Assembly (NCBI RefSeq): GCF_006345805.1
Contig: NC_043002.1
Location: 86,118,001 to 86,182,000 of the forward strand
Reading direction: 5' to 3'
Source: Octopus sinensis
Taxonomy: Eukaryota
DNA length: 64,000 bases
Position 1 is the first letter of the stretch; the number at the start of each line of letters is the position of its first letter. The position numbers and the translations under genes were made by a program. This document shows positions 25,658 through 38,274 of this stretch, in pieces. The notes under the pieces are model-generated. The model made no database searches, had not been told where the DNA came from, and saw only the letters and a program-made list of their open reading frames with translations.

Positions 25658-25844
25658 TAGCCATTTGATGATATCTAAATGTCCCATTTGTGCTGAAGCA
25701 TGTAAACAAGACATTCCATCAAAAGCAGTTATCTTTAAGGATCCTTTTGCTTCAGTAACAACGTACTTGAGTATGTCTAGCTTCCTTTCTTGACTTGCTA
25801 AATAGGCAGGAGTAGCGCCATTGTTCATTTGCATATTCACAGAC
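25658..25844 (-). CDS. ESPN: Internal exon (187 bp, phase 2-0) of the espin/forked-like gene, upstream of 11098-11283
   Basis: Acceptor ttttacttttacAG, donor CTA|GTAAGT; SVNMQMNNGATPAYLASQERKLDILKYVVTEAKGSLKITAFDGMSCLHASAQMGHLDIIKWL; resembles, from memory, espin [24 protein letters not shown]...DGMTPLHAAAQMGH...IVWL; joins in frame to VEEAK. Confidence 0.85.
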
Positions 25845-26054
25845 CTGTAAAAGTAAAATTCCAATATTACAAATACATTCATTCAACCAAGGTGGTAGAT
25901 ATAAAAGCAGAACTAATTTAGCTATTTCTCCATAGACTGAAAAAAAATATGAACAGTCTTAACTGATTTTGAAACCTTTTTGGACTCTCATCAGCGGTAT
26001 CTACATCAATTTGGCCAATCCCAGAGAAACAAGCAGCCAATTTGTTTATATATA

Positions 26055-26482
26055 GACGCAGGAGTGGCTGTGTGGTAAGTAGCTTGCTAACCAACCACAT
26101 GGTTCCGGGTTCAGTCCCACTGCGTGGCATTTTGGGCAAGTGTCTTCTGCTATAGCCCCAGGCTGACCAATGCCTTGTGAGTGGATTTGGTAGACGGAAA
26201 CTGAAAGAAGCCTGTCGTATATATGTATATATATATATATATATATATGTGTGTATGTTTGTATGTCTGTGTTTGTCCCCTAGCATTGCTTGACAACCGA
26301 TACTGGTATGTTTACATCCCCGTCACTTAGCGGTTCGACAAAAGAGACCGATAGAATAAGTACTGGGCTTACAAAGAATAAGTCCTGGGGTTGATTTGCT
26401 CGACTAAAGGCGGTGCTCCAGCATGGCCACAGTCAAATGACTGAAACAAGTAAAAAGAAAAAGAAAAAGAAAAAAAGAAAGA
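26055..26482 (+). mobile_element. Major tRNA-derived SINE, near-consensus copy
   Basis: Matches 5464-5893; (GAAAA)n tail. Confidence 0.9.
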
Positions 26483-27445
26483 ATACTCAACAATTCCAGT
26501 AGCCACAAAGAACTGGAGCTACTAAGTAGCATACTACGGAAAAAATAAAATAAAATATTACATCTATTTTTATATAGACAAAATCAAAAATATGGAATTG
26601 TTGAAATTACAATATTTCAAAAAGGCAATGAATTGAAAGAGTAATCTGATTTCAAATCATGCCAAGGTCAAACTTTGTTCTTCATCCTTTCGAGGTTGGT
26701 TGATAAAAAAAAGTGCCAATCTAGGGCAGTGGATTGGTATCTTGCAGTAGATGTTTCAGCTTTTGTGTTCTGATAACAACACTGTGATGACATTGGAACC
26801 AAACTGTATTAATCCAAGTTAACAACCTTTCTCTGGGATAAACATTGGTGACATGGACAATGGAGCTTTGTATGCATGGGCCACTGCTAGTTTTCCTAAA
26901 AATACTTGTATAGGCCTATACATGCATGTGCAGATGCATGGTCAACATTGACCAATAGAAGTCCTATGTATTTTTAAAAGAATAAAATATCAGATAAACT
27001 ATGCATGCCACTACTTTTATTGTTTTTGTTTTTTTATGGCTTAGCTATAGGATAAAGGGTAACTTGAACTAAATGTTTATGGTGAAATTCTTTAACCTCT
27101 CGCAATGTATATAAAAAAAATTAATATAGTTTTCTACATAGTTGCAAGGTTTATATTTACAGAAGCAGGTGTGGTTATGTAGCTGATAAATTTACTTTAC
27201 AAACATGTTGTTCAGTATTTGATCCCTGTGTGTGGAACCTTGGGCAAGTATCTTAAACTATAACCTCTTAGTTCACCAATATCACGTTGGTGAAGTTTGG
27301 CAGATAGAAAATTTGCAGAAGCCCTCATCCATCTAATACATGCAAGCATGGAAAAGTAGACATTAAAAGGAAGATGATGAGATAGAAGATACATACATAC
27401 ATACATACATACGTACGTACGTACATACGTACATACATACATACA

Positions 27446-27481
<36 letters not shown>

Positions 27482-29608
27482 TACATATATATATATACTT
27501 GTAGTGATCAATAAAATAAGTAACAAACTGAAATAAGTACTGAGATCAATATGATTGACTAAATCTTCATAAGACAGCAGTTTGACATAGCCACAGTCCA
27601 ATGAAGGAAACCAGTAAAAATATGTAAAAAAAAAAGAAATCTTGTATGACATTAATACCTTTTTTCAATGGCATTTAATGATCCAAGAGAAGCTAAATGG
27701 CAATAACCAATAATCAAAATTAGGTCAAAATTCTCCAGTCACTAGATTATCTCTACTCAATCAAACTTGCCACAAAAATAATTAATATCAAAGGTAATTA
27801 TTATAATTTTAAAGAAACTTGATAGAATCAAAATAAAATAAATTCTCTAATTAGCTAACTGAAGTTGCAGAACCAACTACCACCTATACTTTGACTTTCT
27901 GATTGTTATATCTATAATTATTAATAGTGAGCAACAAGAGAAATTTATATTTTTACCATCTAGAAATAGCATACCTCCCCTCTAATTTCACTGTGCTGTG
28001 ATCATGATTTCAAAATTATAAATTAAAATTGTCCAAAATAATTATTAACTTAAATATCTTAGATAATAGCAATTAGCAATTTTAAATAGTGATTTAATTG
28101 GTCACACAGAAAAATTGTTTTGTAACAAATATTAGAAGCCAGGTTAATAAGGATGTTTTTGCTTTTTTCTTTTTTAAAAATGTTTGATGAGTAAAATATT
28201 TTTAAATAGACACATTTTTTTATTCATAAATATGTACTATTTAAGGCTGATTGAGGTTTGAGTCTTTCATTTAGCTCACTTTGAAGAATACATCAAATGT
28301 TCATTTTAATCAATTCCTTCATTCCATAAACTTCTTAACAAATCACATTAACTTCTTCAAAAAAACTTTAGAAAAAACACAATTCACCAGATTACTATCC
28401 AAGAACAAAATATTACATTAACTATAACATCAGCTTTTTTGCTTTGTTTTTATAGCTTAACTAGAGAATGAAGGGCAGCATATGTGACTTTTAAGAAGTA
28501 CATCTCTCCTCATTCCATGGTCCAGGAAGAGATGTGCTGCTTTCTACTGAATCAACCCAAATCAAGGACTTTGTTAAACAAAGAGGTATCCAAATAGCAG
28601 TTGTGAGGTTAAACTAGTCAATGGATGGATTAGGACTATTATCCAAGAATAAATACAAACTGACTAGTTGGGAAGGGAGCTTCTTACCCACACAGCTACG
28701 CTTCTGCCTATACTTGGAAAACAACTAAATATTGATGACAAGAAAGGCACTTGGCTGTAGAATGCTGCCTCAAATACATCCCCATCCAATCCATAATTGC
28801 TTGGAAAAAATGAGCAAATGAATACACTGAAGATGATTTAAAACTTTTAAACCTATCCTATATCATAGTGAAGAAAGTTGAATTATACGAACGCAAATTT
28901 CATTTTGTCTTCTTATTAATAAAGAAGTGGCAAGGGTTAACAATTTCCATAATATTGTTCTTGTGTGGGATGGGGGCTGTCCAGTAATTGTTAGTTTGAG
29001 AGCTTAAGAGCAAACAAAGAAAGAAGCATTTTTCACTTATATCTTAGACTAATGAAGCAATTATCTAAAGTTTTCAATGACCCTTATTCAATTGCAGAAG
29101 ATACTCTCTTATAGATAATTTCCAAGCAATCACTGATACTGAATTTGATTTAAAGGATGTAATCAATAAATTCCCTGTTAACTTTGATCTATTCTTTGAT
29201 CTATAAGGGTTTGAAAGAATGAAAAATGCTGCTGCATTTATGAAGGTAAAGGACATTAGGCAGATATCTATCTGCTGGTACTTGGTCACTTCAAATGATA
29301 TCAAAGTAATCTATTAAACCAAAATTAAAATGACTTTAGACTTCATAGAAATTCCTTGACTCACTTGGTTTCACTTCAGAAATGAAATATTAATCAGTAT
29401 AAGAGAAATTTGACATTTACCTTATCTATCACAAAGCTTATCATAAGTGAAATTAGTTTCTGAGAATTCACTTCAATGCTCTTCTATTAAAAATCAATTA
29501 TGATATTATTTTAAATAACTATAACAGAAGCAGCCCACCAAAAAAAAGGCAATAAATTAGTGGTATATCATAAAGGAATTTTATAATAATGACAATGTTT
29601 TCTGACAT

Positions 29609-29867
29609 AATAAAGAATAAAAATCCTTCTTGAGTCATATAGACTCAAAGGGCTGGTTTCCCAGTTTCTGTGGTGTGTATATTTCCCACCTGGATGGGAC
29701 ACTAGTCCATCACAGGATTCCTAATTTTTTGCCAGCTGAGTCAACTGGAGCAATGTGAAATGAAGACAATGCTCAAGGAGACAATGCAAGCACCTGGTAC
29801 AGGAATCAAATCCCCAACCTTATGATCATGAGTTCAACACCCTAACCACTAAGCCATGTGCCTCTAC
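29609..29867 (-). mobile_element. tRNA-derived SINE (GTGGCTTAGTGGTTAG head)
   Basis: 8-bp TSD TCTGACAT at 29601-29608 and 29868-29875. Confidence 0.7.
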
Positions 29868-29999
29868 TCTGACATGGTTTACTTAAAATTTAAACATATT
29901 AAAAAAATTTCTTAGTGAGGAGGGAGGAAAAATCACATGACTCTTTATAGGGCCTCTCAAATTGGTGGAGAGAATGAGGAAGCTATTCTCAAACTGTAA

Positions 30000-30355
30000 T
30001 TAAGAAGTTTGTTTCACATTTATTAAGTTCCAGGTTCATTCTCATTGCAGTACACCTTGAGCAACTATCTTCTTATGAGTAAACCTGTATAGATGAGTGA
30101 GAGTGTGTGTGTGTGTATCTATGTACATGTACCTATGTCTGCGTGTCCTTGTGTTTGTGTTATATTTCTCCCCCACCACAACTTGACAGCTAGTGTTGGT
30201 TTATTTATGTCCTTATAACTTAGCAATTCAACAAAAAAGACACATAGAATAAATACTAGACTTTAAAATGAGTACTGGGGTTGATTTGTTCGATTAAAAT
30301 CCTTCAAGGCAGTGCTCCAGCATAGCCCCAGTCCAATAACTGTAAAAGATTAAAA
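30000..30355 (+). mobile_element. Major SINE, old copy
   Basis: Recognisable 3' half (TAACTTAGC...TACTGGGGTTGATTTGTTCG...GTGCTCCAGCAT). Confidence 0.7.
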
Positions 30356-31589
30356 ATAAGGGATCTTTTACTTCACTAATCTTCAAAAGCATGGTCACTG
30401 ACTGGAATACTTCAAGAATATGAAATATTAATGCAGAAGAAAAAATTGCATCAGGCATCTACCACTTTTATTGAAATCATCTGGCAGAGAATTCTTGCCT
30501 GGCTATCCTTGCCAAATTGTCATAGTACAATTCATAAAATGAATTTGGCTAATGGCCTGACTAGCCCTGCTAATGAAAGCAAACTTGTTCAAACCAGAAG
30601 AAAAATAACAGTTCAAACATATGGAAAAGATAATTTTAAACTATATTTGATAAGATTTATATTTTATTCCTGTAAATATTTGATTGACACCCTTTCAATA
30701 CATCAGTTTAAACACTTTTAAAAATACTTTTCATAGTGCTAATCAATGTCTGAACTTTCTAATTTTATGTTGTCATATATTTGGTTCTGATATCCTATTG
30801 TTGTTGTTGCAGTTGTTTAATTTCAGGTTGGATTTGATCAGCTCTGATCAAGCAGTCAAAGGTGCTCCAACTGTGATCACTCTGTCTCTGATTCAAACAT
30901 TGTGTATCAAGGATTACATTATCCGATGTGTCTTTGCTTTTTTCATTTGTGATTATAAAGTGTGACTCAAGAGGGATTTAGCTGTTATTTCAAGAAAGTC
31001 AAGCAACCATATAGACACTCTAATGCTGGTTTGAATTTCATGTCTTTCATATGCAGCTATGAATCATACCAGAAATGGGAACAATTAAATTAAATTGTGC
31101 ATATTATTTCTAATATGTGCATAATATACTCTTTGTGGAAATCCTTCAGTTTGTCTATTTGAGATTATCTGATTTCCTGTTATACACACTTATGAGTTAA
31201 TTCAGGAACTTGTCTCTTTAGAAATCACTTTGTGTCTCATCTTAATCTAGCAGTGCTTCAATAACACATTGCAATTTATCAACATGAATGCATTCACTTG
31301 AAATAAATAGTATTAGGGACTCTATAAGCAATAACACAATCATCCCATCTAGGAGAGCAGTAACTTTGAACAAAAATTCTAAAGAGTAAAGAGATCTCTT
31401 TATCTTGCCACTCAAGGACAATCATCTCTCAAATATTGGTAGCATAAAATGCACCTAGTCTATATGCCATAGGCTGAACCTCTTCAGTTTGGCACTCCAT
31501 GGTCCAGCAATTTGCATGGATTAGCACTGTTTGAATTTTTGAAAGCATTATCAGATGCATTATTTCCTGTTTCAACCTTGTTCTAGCTT

Positions 31590-32146
31590 TGATAAGACGT
31601 CAGTGACCTTCGAACGCTGGGCCTCACAGAGGCAATGACGAAAGACCGAGACCTCTGGAGATATGCTGTGACTGCGAAGACCCAACAAATAACATGAGTT
31701 CATGGCTGTTTCCTGCACCAGCTTCACATAGCAGCCCTAGCCCATCCAAAGTACCTTGGATCACAGGACGGCCTGCTGTGCTTACCTTGGATTGTAGGGT
31801 GAACTGCTGTGATTGAGGAGACCTATTGAGTCAAGTACATCATCAAAATAAAAATCAAATGGAAATTGTAGTTGTGACACCCGTGCCGGTGGCACATAAA
31901 AAGCACCATCTGAACGTGGCTGATGCCAGTGCCACCTTGACTGGCTTCTGTGCTGGTGGCATGTAAAAAGCACCCACTACACTCACGGAGTGGTTGGCGT
32001 TAGGAAGGGCATCTAGCTGTAGAAACACTGCCAGATCAGACTGGAGCCTGGTGCAGCCTCCTGGCTTTCCAGACCCCGGTCGATCCGTCCAACCCATGCT
32101 AGCATGGAAAACAGACGTTAAACGATGATGATGATGATGATGATGT
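31590..32146 (+). mobile_element. 5'-truncated RTE LINE: ORF end, 3' UTR and (GAT)n tail
   Basis: DLRTLGLTEAMTKDRDLWRYAV followed by the tail ACCCATGCTAGCATGGAAAACAGACGTTAAACGATGATGATG. Confidence 0.8.
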
Positions 32147-33931
32147 TGAAATAGCAATGAGATGGAAATTAACCTCTAAGAGTAGCTCCTATTTACATAG
32201 GAAGTTATAAACTGTTTTCTGGCTTTTATCCATGGCCCAACAATTATCAAGTCGTAAGATTGTTAGATTTAAGGATTTTAGCCTATATTGAGTAGTTGAT
32301 GATAAAAATCCAGCTATAAAAATATGTCAAAAAACGTGACATAACCAAAAACTGAAAATTTTCTCCACTACGATCTCTACCAAAATCATGAAGGACTGCA
32401 ACAAGTGAGAAGAGACTGTGATACCCACACAACCCATCCCATCAGAGAAAACAAGCATAATAATGATGATGATGTGTCTTATGAGATCTTGAGATATTTT
32501 CTTTTGTGGTTACTGAATAGCAAACACAGAAACAAAAGTTGGGCTTCCCCAGGTCAACGTACACAAGATGCATTTCATGAAGCTAACCTTCATATGCCAT
32601 TCTTACGACCTATTATGTTCAGGAACTCGTCATTTTCTTGAGTTGACCTTTGTTTTAATATTTATTTTAATATTTGTTTGTTTATTCTAGTTTCATAAAT
32701 AGCTCAAATGACTCCTAGATTTTGCTATGGAGGATATATATTATCTGTATACATATATTTCAAAGTATTTTTTTTTTATCAGATACTTATCGTTTGTTAC
32801 ATTTCACATTAATATTTGTGAAATTGAAGGGAGTTTTAATTTATCTGATTATATCTGATGAATAATGAAATATAATAACTCTATAATATTAGATAAAAAT
32901 CAATTGATTCTGATCCAGCTATGTTATACAAATTAAGAGTAAATAAAATATGAAACAATGACAAAAAGATAGTAAATGTTTTCAGGAAAGTACTACAAAA
33001 AGAAAACTATTGATAGTTTTAGAATAAGACAAAAATTGTTTAGGCATAGTTCTATTTAATGTTATAATTGAGATTATGATACCTGATAATAAACAGAACC
33101 AACCTATTGTTAACTATTATAAAACTGATATGTTACAAATAAAACTTTATTTCCTCTGTATAATGACAAACAAAATCATTTTAGAAACCGCAAGCAAATA
33201 AATTCCAATCAGTATTGTTTAGCTTTTAGGTGTTTTCAATATAAAATTGTAATTGAAATTTTCAGATTCATGATTGTGTGATATTGGCTGATTGTACATG
33301 AAAGCATGTGATTTGATATCTCAAATACAACATGGATGATAAAACTAGTACTGTAATAAAAGCATATATAAGGAAAAAAAACACAAATTTATTCTGGAAA
33401 TTGGTTTAATCTTGCAGCAAAATATGAGTTTTCTGTTCTTTATTTGTATCTTTTGTGTTTCTCTCAACACTCCATTATCAGATATCATTAAGAAATGTGA
33501 TGTCCTTTAATGTTTGAAACATGAGTGAAAAATAAAAAAGATTTGTGGATACGAGAGATAAATGAAAAGAGTACAGTCTGTTGGATGTGCAGTGGCTAGA
33601 TGTTTCTTAAGCTCCTTACTACATTTGCCACAGTCTGCTAAACAAACAAACTCAAACTTAGAACAATACATACACACAGCTATCATAATACTTGCACTTT
33701 GATTTGGTAGCAAACAAATATAAATTACAAATTCTTGAAACATCTTGAATAGTCACAGGATTAACTAGGTCCCAAGGATTCTGTTTCCCAGGAGGAGGAA
33801 GCAAGTGATCACCAGAACAAACACTGCAAAGCATTCAGTCTTACACTTAATAATTCCATTAAATTACTGATGTGTGCTGGTACTTTATTTGCTGACCACA
33901 AAAGGTTGAAGGTCAAAGTCAAACTTTGTGA

Positions 33932-34021
33932 GATTTGAACTCAGAGCATAGTAAACTGGAGCAAATTGAATAGAATGCTTTGCTGAATTTGCTCCAGTTT
34001 ATTATACTCTGAGTTCAAATC
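33932..34021. repeat. 36-bp inverted repeat with 18-nt spacer inside an old SINE
   Basis: Arms 33932-33967 and 33986-34021, 2 differences. Confidence 0.9.
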
Positions 34022-35741
34022 CAGTAAGGTATTCTATTCAATGTTTTAACAACTCTACCATTTTGTTGCCTTCTTGGTAAGAATTTCTGTTAATTCCTCC
34101 AAATCTCTTGAGAACAAAACTGAATCTATGTGAATATTTAGTTTTAAAAGTGATGAAAAATTTCTCTAAATAATGATCATTAAAAATTATATTAAAAATT
34201 CATGGATATTATTCAACAATATGATATAAAGGCAGCCAAAACTAAGGTAGTTGTTGTTGTTGTTGTTTGTCTTATGATCATCCCAGACTAAGCAGACCTA
34301 TAATCAAAAACATTCCAGCCCTGATGCCTTGATGATCCAGTTTCTTTTTTTTTTTTTTTTTTATAGAACTACATTATCTAATGTATTTTTTCTCTTTTAA
34401 GATAGCAGGATATGATTTGAGGAAGATTTGGTTGTGTTTACTATTTGGTCAAACAACTGCAGAAAGGATCCTTCCTCACTGGGTCTGCCAAAAGTAAGGA
34501 AGCTTGGTTATGTAGGAAAAATGGATGATGATAATTAGCCGTAGAATGTATATTGTTAATAAGAGACCAGAGACAATCTTGAAAGAAGCACTAAAGCTAA
34601 CTTGAAAGGAGATAATTGTTTCTAATTTCGACACAAGGCTATTAATTCTAGTAGTTGGTGTTAGTCAATTACATTGATCCTAATACTTGACTTGTGTCTC
34701 AAAAAGGACGAAAGCAGGATTTGAACACAGAACGCAAATAGTTGGAACTAATACTCTTAGGCATATTCTGTATTCTCTAACAATTTTGTCAGTCTGTTGC
34801 CTTAACTTGGAAGAAGATAATGAATAATAAAATTGCACTGTACTGTTAATTTTATCACTGTTATAAGTTTTAATAAGTTATGCATACAAAGAAGCAACTA
34901 AATGCTCAGAGATAAATGAAAGGCACAGATAAGAACTTGTGTGACTTTCAGTGTCTCCTGGTACTTACACTACTTACACCAAAGATTTGATGCTTAGAGA
35001 TGAATGAAAGTCATAGATAAGGAGTTATTTGATTTTTAGTATCCTCTGATATTTATAGTCAAGTCTAAATGCTTAAAATGATTAAAGGGCAAAACTAATA
35101 AGTCAAGAGCGTTTTAGTTTGCCTGAATTTTTCTGATACAAAAGTGAAATAACAAAGTAATGAAGATGGAGAGCTTCTTACAATGCAAAAAGGAAAAGTA
35201 TGGTAACCTTTATATAGTTCAGACACAAAGACCCATCATAAGATATAAAGAAATGGCCAAATCTGCAAAGATTCACATTTATTTACTCTGTTCACTTCTG
35301 ATGATAGATCTTTATGTCTGAAATATAAAAAGGTTACTAAACTTCCCTGTTTACATTTTAAGAAAGTCACTGTCTTCATTATTTTCTTATCAACTAGTAT
35401 CTTGTGATATTTACATTGGTATGTCAGTGCCCTGGTGTAACTGTGGGAGATTTTTCCTACTAATTGAGTGGTTTCTCTCAGTTTTTCAAAACACTATACT
35501 ACACGTATGTGAGACTCTACTATATGCGTATTTAGTTATTCAGAATGCTCTCCTGAAGTATTTTCCCCATCAGCTATATTATTGATAGTCACAATCATCA
35601 ACCCTATACTGTGTTTGTGTTTGCATGCACATGTACATGCATATACTAAGGCACAGATATGGCTGTGTGATAAAGAAGTTCACGTTGCAACCACATGGTT
35701 TTGAGTTGAACAAAGAGAAACGAAACTCATCATAAATATAT

Positions 35742-36139
35742 ACTCTTTTACTTGTTTCAGTCATTTGACTGCGGCCATGCTGGAGCACTGCCTTTAGTCG
35801 AGCAAATCGGACCCAAGGCTTATTCTTTGTAAGCCTAGTACATATTCTATCGGTTTCTTTTGCCGAACCGCTAAGTTACGGGGACATAAACACACCACCA
35901 TCGGTTGTGAAGCGATGTTGGGGAGACAAATACAGACACAAACATATACACACACACATACATATATATATATATGCAACAGGCTTCTTTCAGTTTCCGT
36001 CTACCAAATCCACTCACAAAGCTTTGGTCGGCCCAAGGCTATAGTAGAAGACACTTGCCCAAGGTACCATGCAGTGGAACATAACCCGGAACCATGTGGT
36101 TGGTAAGCAAGCTACTAACCACACAACCACTCCTACACC
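35742..36139 (-). mobile_element. Major tRNA-derived SINE abutting the 3' end of the U2 copy
   Basis: Reverse complement of 5464-5893. Confidence 0.9.
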
Positions 36140-36145
36140 AAGAAA

Positions 36146-36332
36146 ATGGGCTAAATCCTGGAAACACTGCAATACCAGGCCAACCTGTGGCAAAGGTAGA
36201 GCAAGCCCCTAACACTTCGGCTCATTCTAAAAATCAGTTTAATATCGATGGCCTCAAATAGGAACCGTATCAGATATTAGGCTGATAAGAACAGATACTA
36301 CAGTTTGATCTTAGCCAAAGGGCTGGATAGGC
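36146..36332 (-). pseudogene. RNU2: Near full-length U2 snRNA copy, probably a pseudogene
   Basis: Minus strand GCCCTTTGGCTAAGATCAAACTGTAGTATCTGTTCTTATCAGCCTAATATCTGATACG (branch-point pairing GTAGTA), Sm-like GATTTTTAG, GGGCTTGCTC, stem-loop IV CCTGGTATTGCAGTGTTTCCAGG; altered 5' end. Confidence 0.9.
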
Positions 36333-36570
36333 AAATAAAAGAAAATTATACTCAATAGATTTAGTAGTTGTTATAAATATTATTTAATAGCAGTTTGACT
36401 CAGCTCCATATGATTTAAAGATTTGTAGGTTCATAGGACGAACCTGTCTCATCAAATTCAAGATGTCTTCTAGCTGTTAGACCTCTCTACTGGTCAACTC
36501 AGGTTACATGATGTTATTGGTCAACATCAGTTCTTCTCTCTATTCTTAGGTCCCTATGCTTGGTCAAGAT

Positions 36571-36760
36571 GTTTCCGTCTACCAAATCCACTCACAAAGC
36601 TTTGGTCGGCCCAAGGCTATAGTAGAAGACACTTGCCCAAGGTGCCATGCAGTGGGACTGAACCCGGAACCGTGTGGTTGGTAAGCAAGCTACTAACCAC
36701 ACAACCACTCCTACGCCTAGAAAATGGGCTAAATCCTGGAAACACTGCAATACCAAGCCA
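36571..36760. repeat. Local 190-bp duplicate of 35993-36182 (SINE 5' half plus U2 3' end)
   Basis: Same junction GAAAATGGGCTAAATCCTGGAAACACTGCAATACCA and shared private variants. Confidence 0.9.
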
Positions 36761-37525
36761 CAATACCATGCACAATATCTGCAAGCTGCAGCATGGTGTA
36801 TTTAGCAACATCAGTTCATTGCATTTGAGAGCACACATGGTAGGATGGGATATTGTTGCAGATTAGTTGTTCAGTCAATATTCAGTGGAGAATTAACATA
36901 GCAGCATCAGCAGTTTTTTCCATGGGAGCAACCAGATTTGGTGGGGGCTAGGTTAAAAATCGAGGTTGGATGGTTATCATGGACAGGTCTGTAATCTATA
37001 TCCGTAACAAGAGTTAAAAGCCTTACCCAACACACATAAATCTACTGACTGGAGTTACCTCCCTTGCTTCCTGCTTTTACATTTTACACTTCATTTACCA
37101 AAAGGAGTTTTGTCTATTAATTGCTTGGATAATCTCAACTGATCAAAGTTGTTCAGCTCACTGTATTACATATGTAGGACCCTATCATATTTGTAATCAG
37201 TGTCTAATCTATTATTTTACATTAATTACATAGGCTTTAATATTCAAAATCAGTAAAGTTCTAAAGTAACAGCTGCTTTAATTAATAGCAAGCATTTCAC
37301 TTAGCAACATTTCAATTATAAGGCAGAATTTCTCTTATAATTAAAACTCAAGACATTTTCATAACAAAATTTCAAAAGTAAATTAACAACTGTAGATTTC
37401 ACTGTTGTCATTTCTTGAAATCCCTATCCAACTACGAGTAAGATAAAATTAATTTAAAAGTTAATGGGAGAAAACGAAGAATAATTAATGGTAAATACAT
37501 ACATGCATACATACATACATACATA

Positions 37526-37735
37526 TGAGGGTATGCTGAAAAGTTCCTGGCTTTGGGCAAAAAAAAAAATACAGGAGGATCAGTTAATTTTATTGAATAT
37601 ATTCCCTTCTCAGATTCACGCATTTATTGCAGCAGTCCTGTTTTTCTATGCCCTAAAAAAGAACTCCAAAGGTTGGGCCTCCAACCATGCCTTTCATGAT
37701 ACCCTTAAAATCCAGAACTTTTCAGAACTCCTTCA
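37526..37735. mobile_element. mariner-type MITE (about 210 bp)
   Basis: TA-TGAGGGTATGCTGAAAAGTTCCTGG...CCAGAACTTTTCAGAACTCCTTCA-TA. Confidence 0.7.
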
Positions 37736-38274
37736 TACATAGATTCTCTTTGCTTTCGGCCCTCAACTCCTTGATAGAATCATAAGGAGTACCATCATGA
37801 CGTATGACACGTCTTGGACATCTTTCTAGGCCTGACAGAATCCATCCCTCTCCAGGTATTCAGATCTAATCTTTGTGGGATGCAAACCTAGGGTGTATAG
37901 CACCGGAATAATTACCACTAAGCAACTTGGTCAATGATTTAACTGTATCTATTGGCTGTCTATACACACACACACACACACATCCATTGAGGTATCATAC
38001 TTAATGTATATACACTGTTAAAAGGCCATTTACTGCAGTATTTGTCTTGACATCACATCTCTTATTGACTTGTTGTGTGAAGAAAATAATGAATATCAAA
38101 GAAAGATCAAAATTAGCCCCAGCAGTGGCTATCAAGAGTGCAAGATGCACTCTTGCACATCTTGGCCATTTTAGGCATTCTCAGTAGTGCATACTTGCAG
38201 CCAACCACATGCTCAGATGAGAATTCATCATCTCTGATACAGGAAAAAAAATAATATATATATAATTTTCAGTC

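Noticed and set aside
37742-37805. Minus-strand ACTCCTT/AAGGAGT stem followed by GCCGAAAGC as another hammerhead
   Set aside because: No CTGANGA (GTCATGA at best) and no UH cleavage site.
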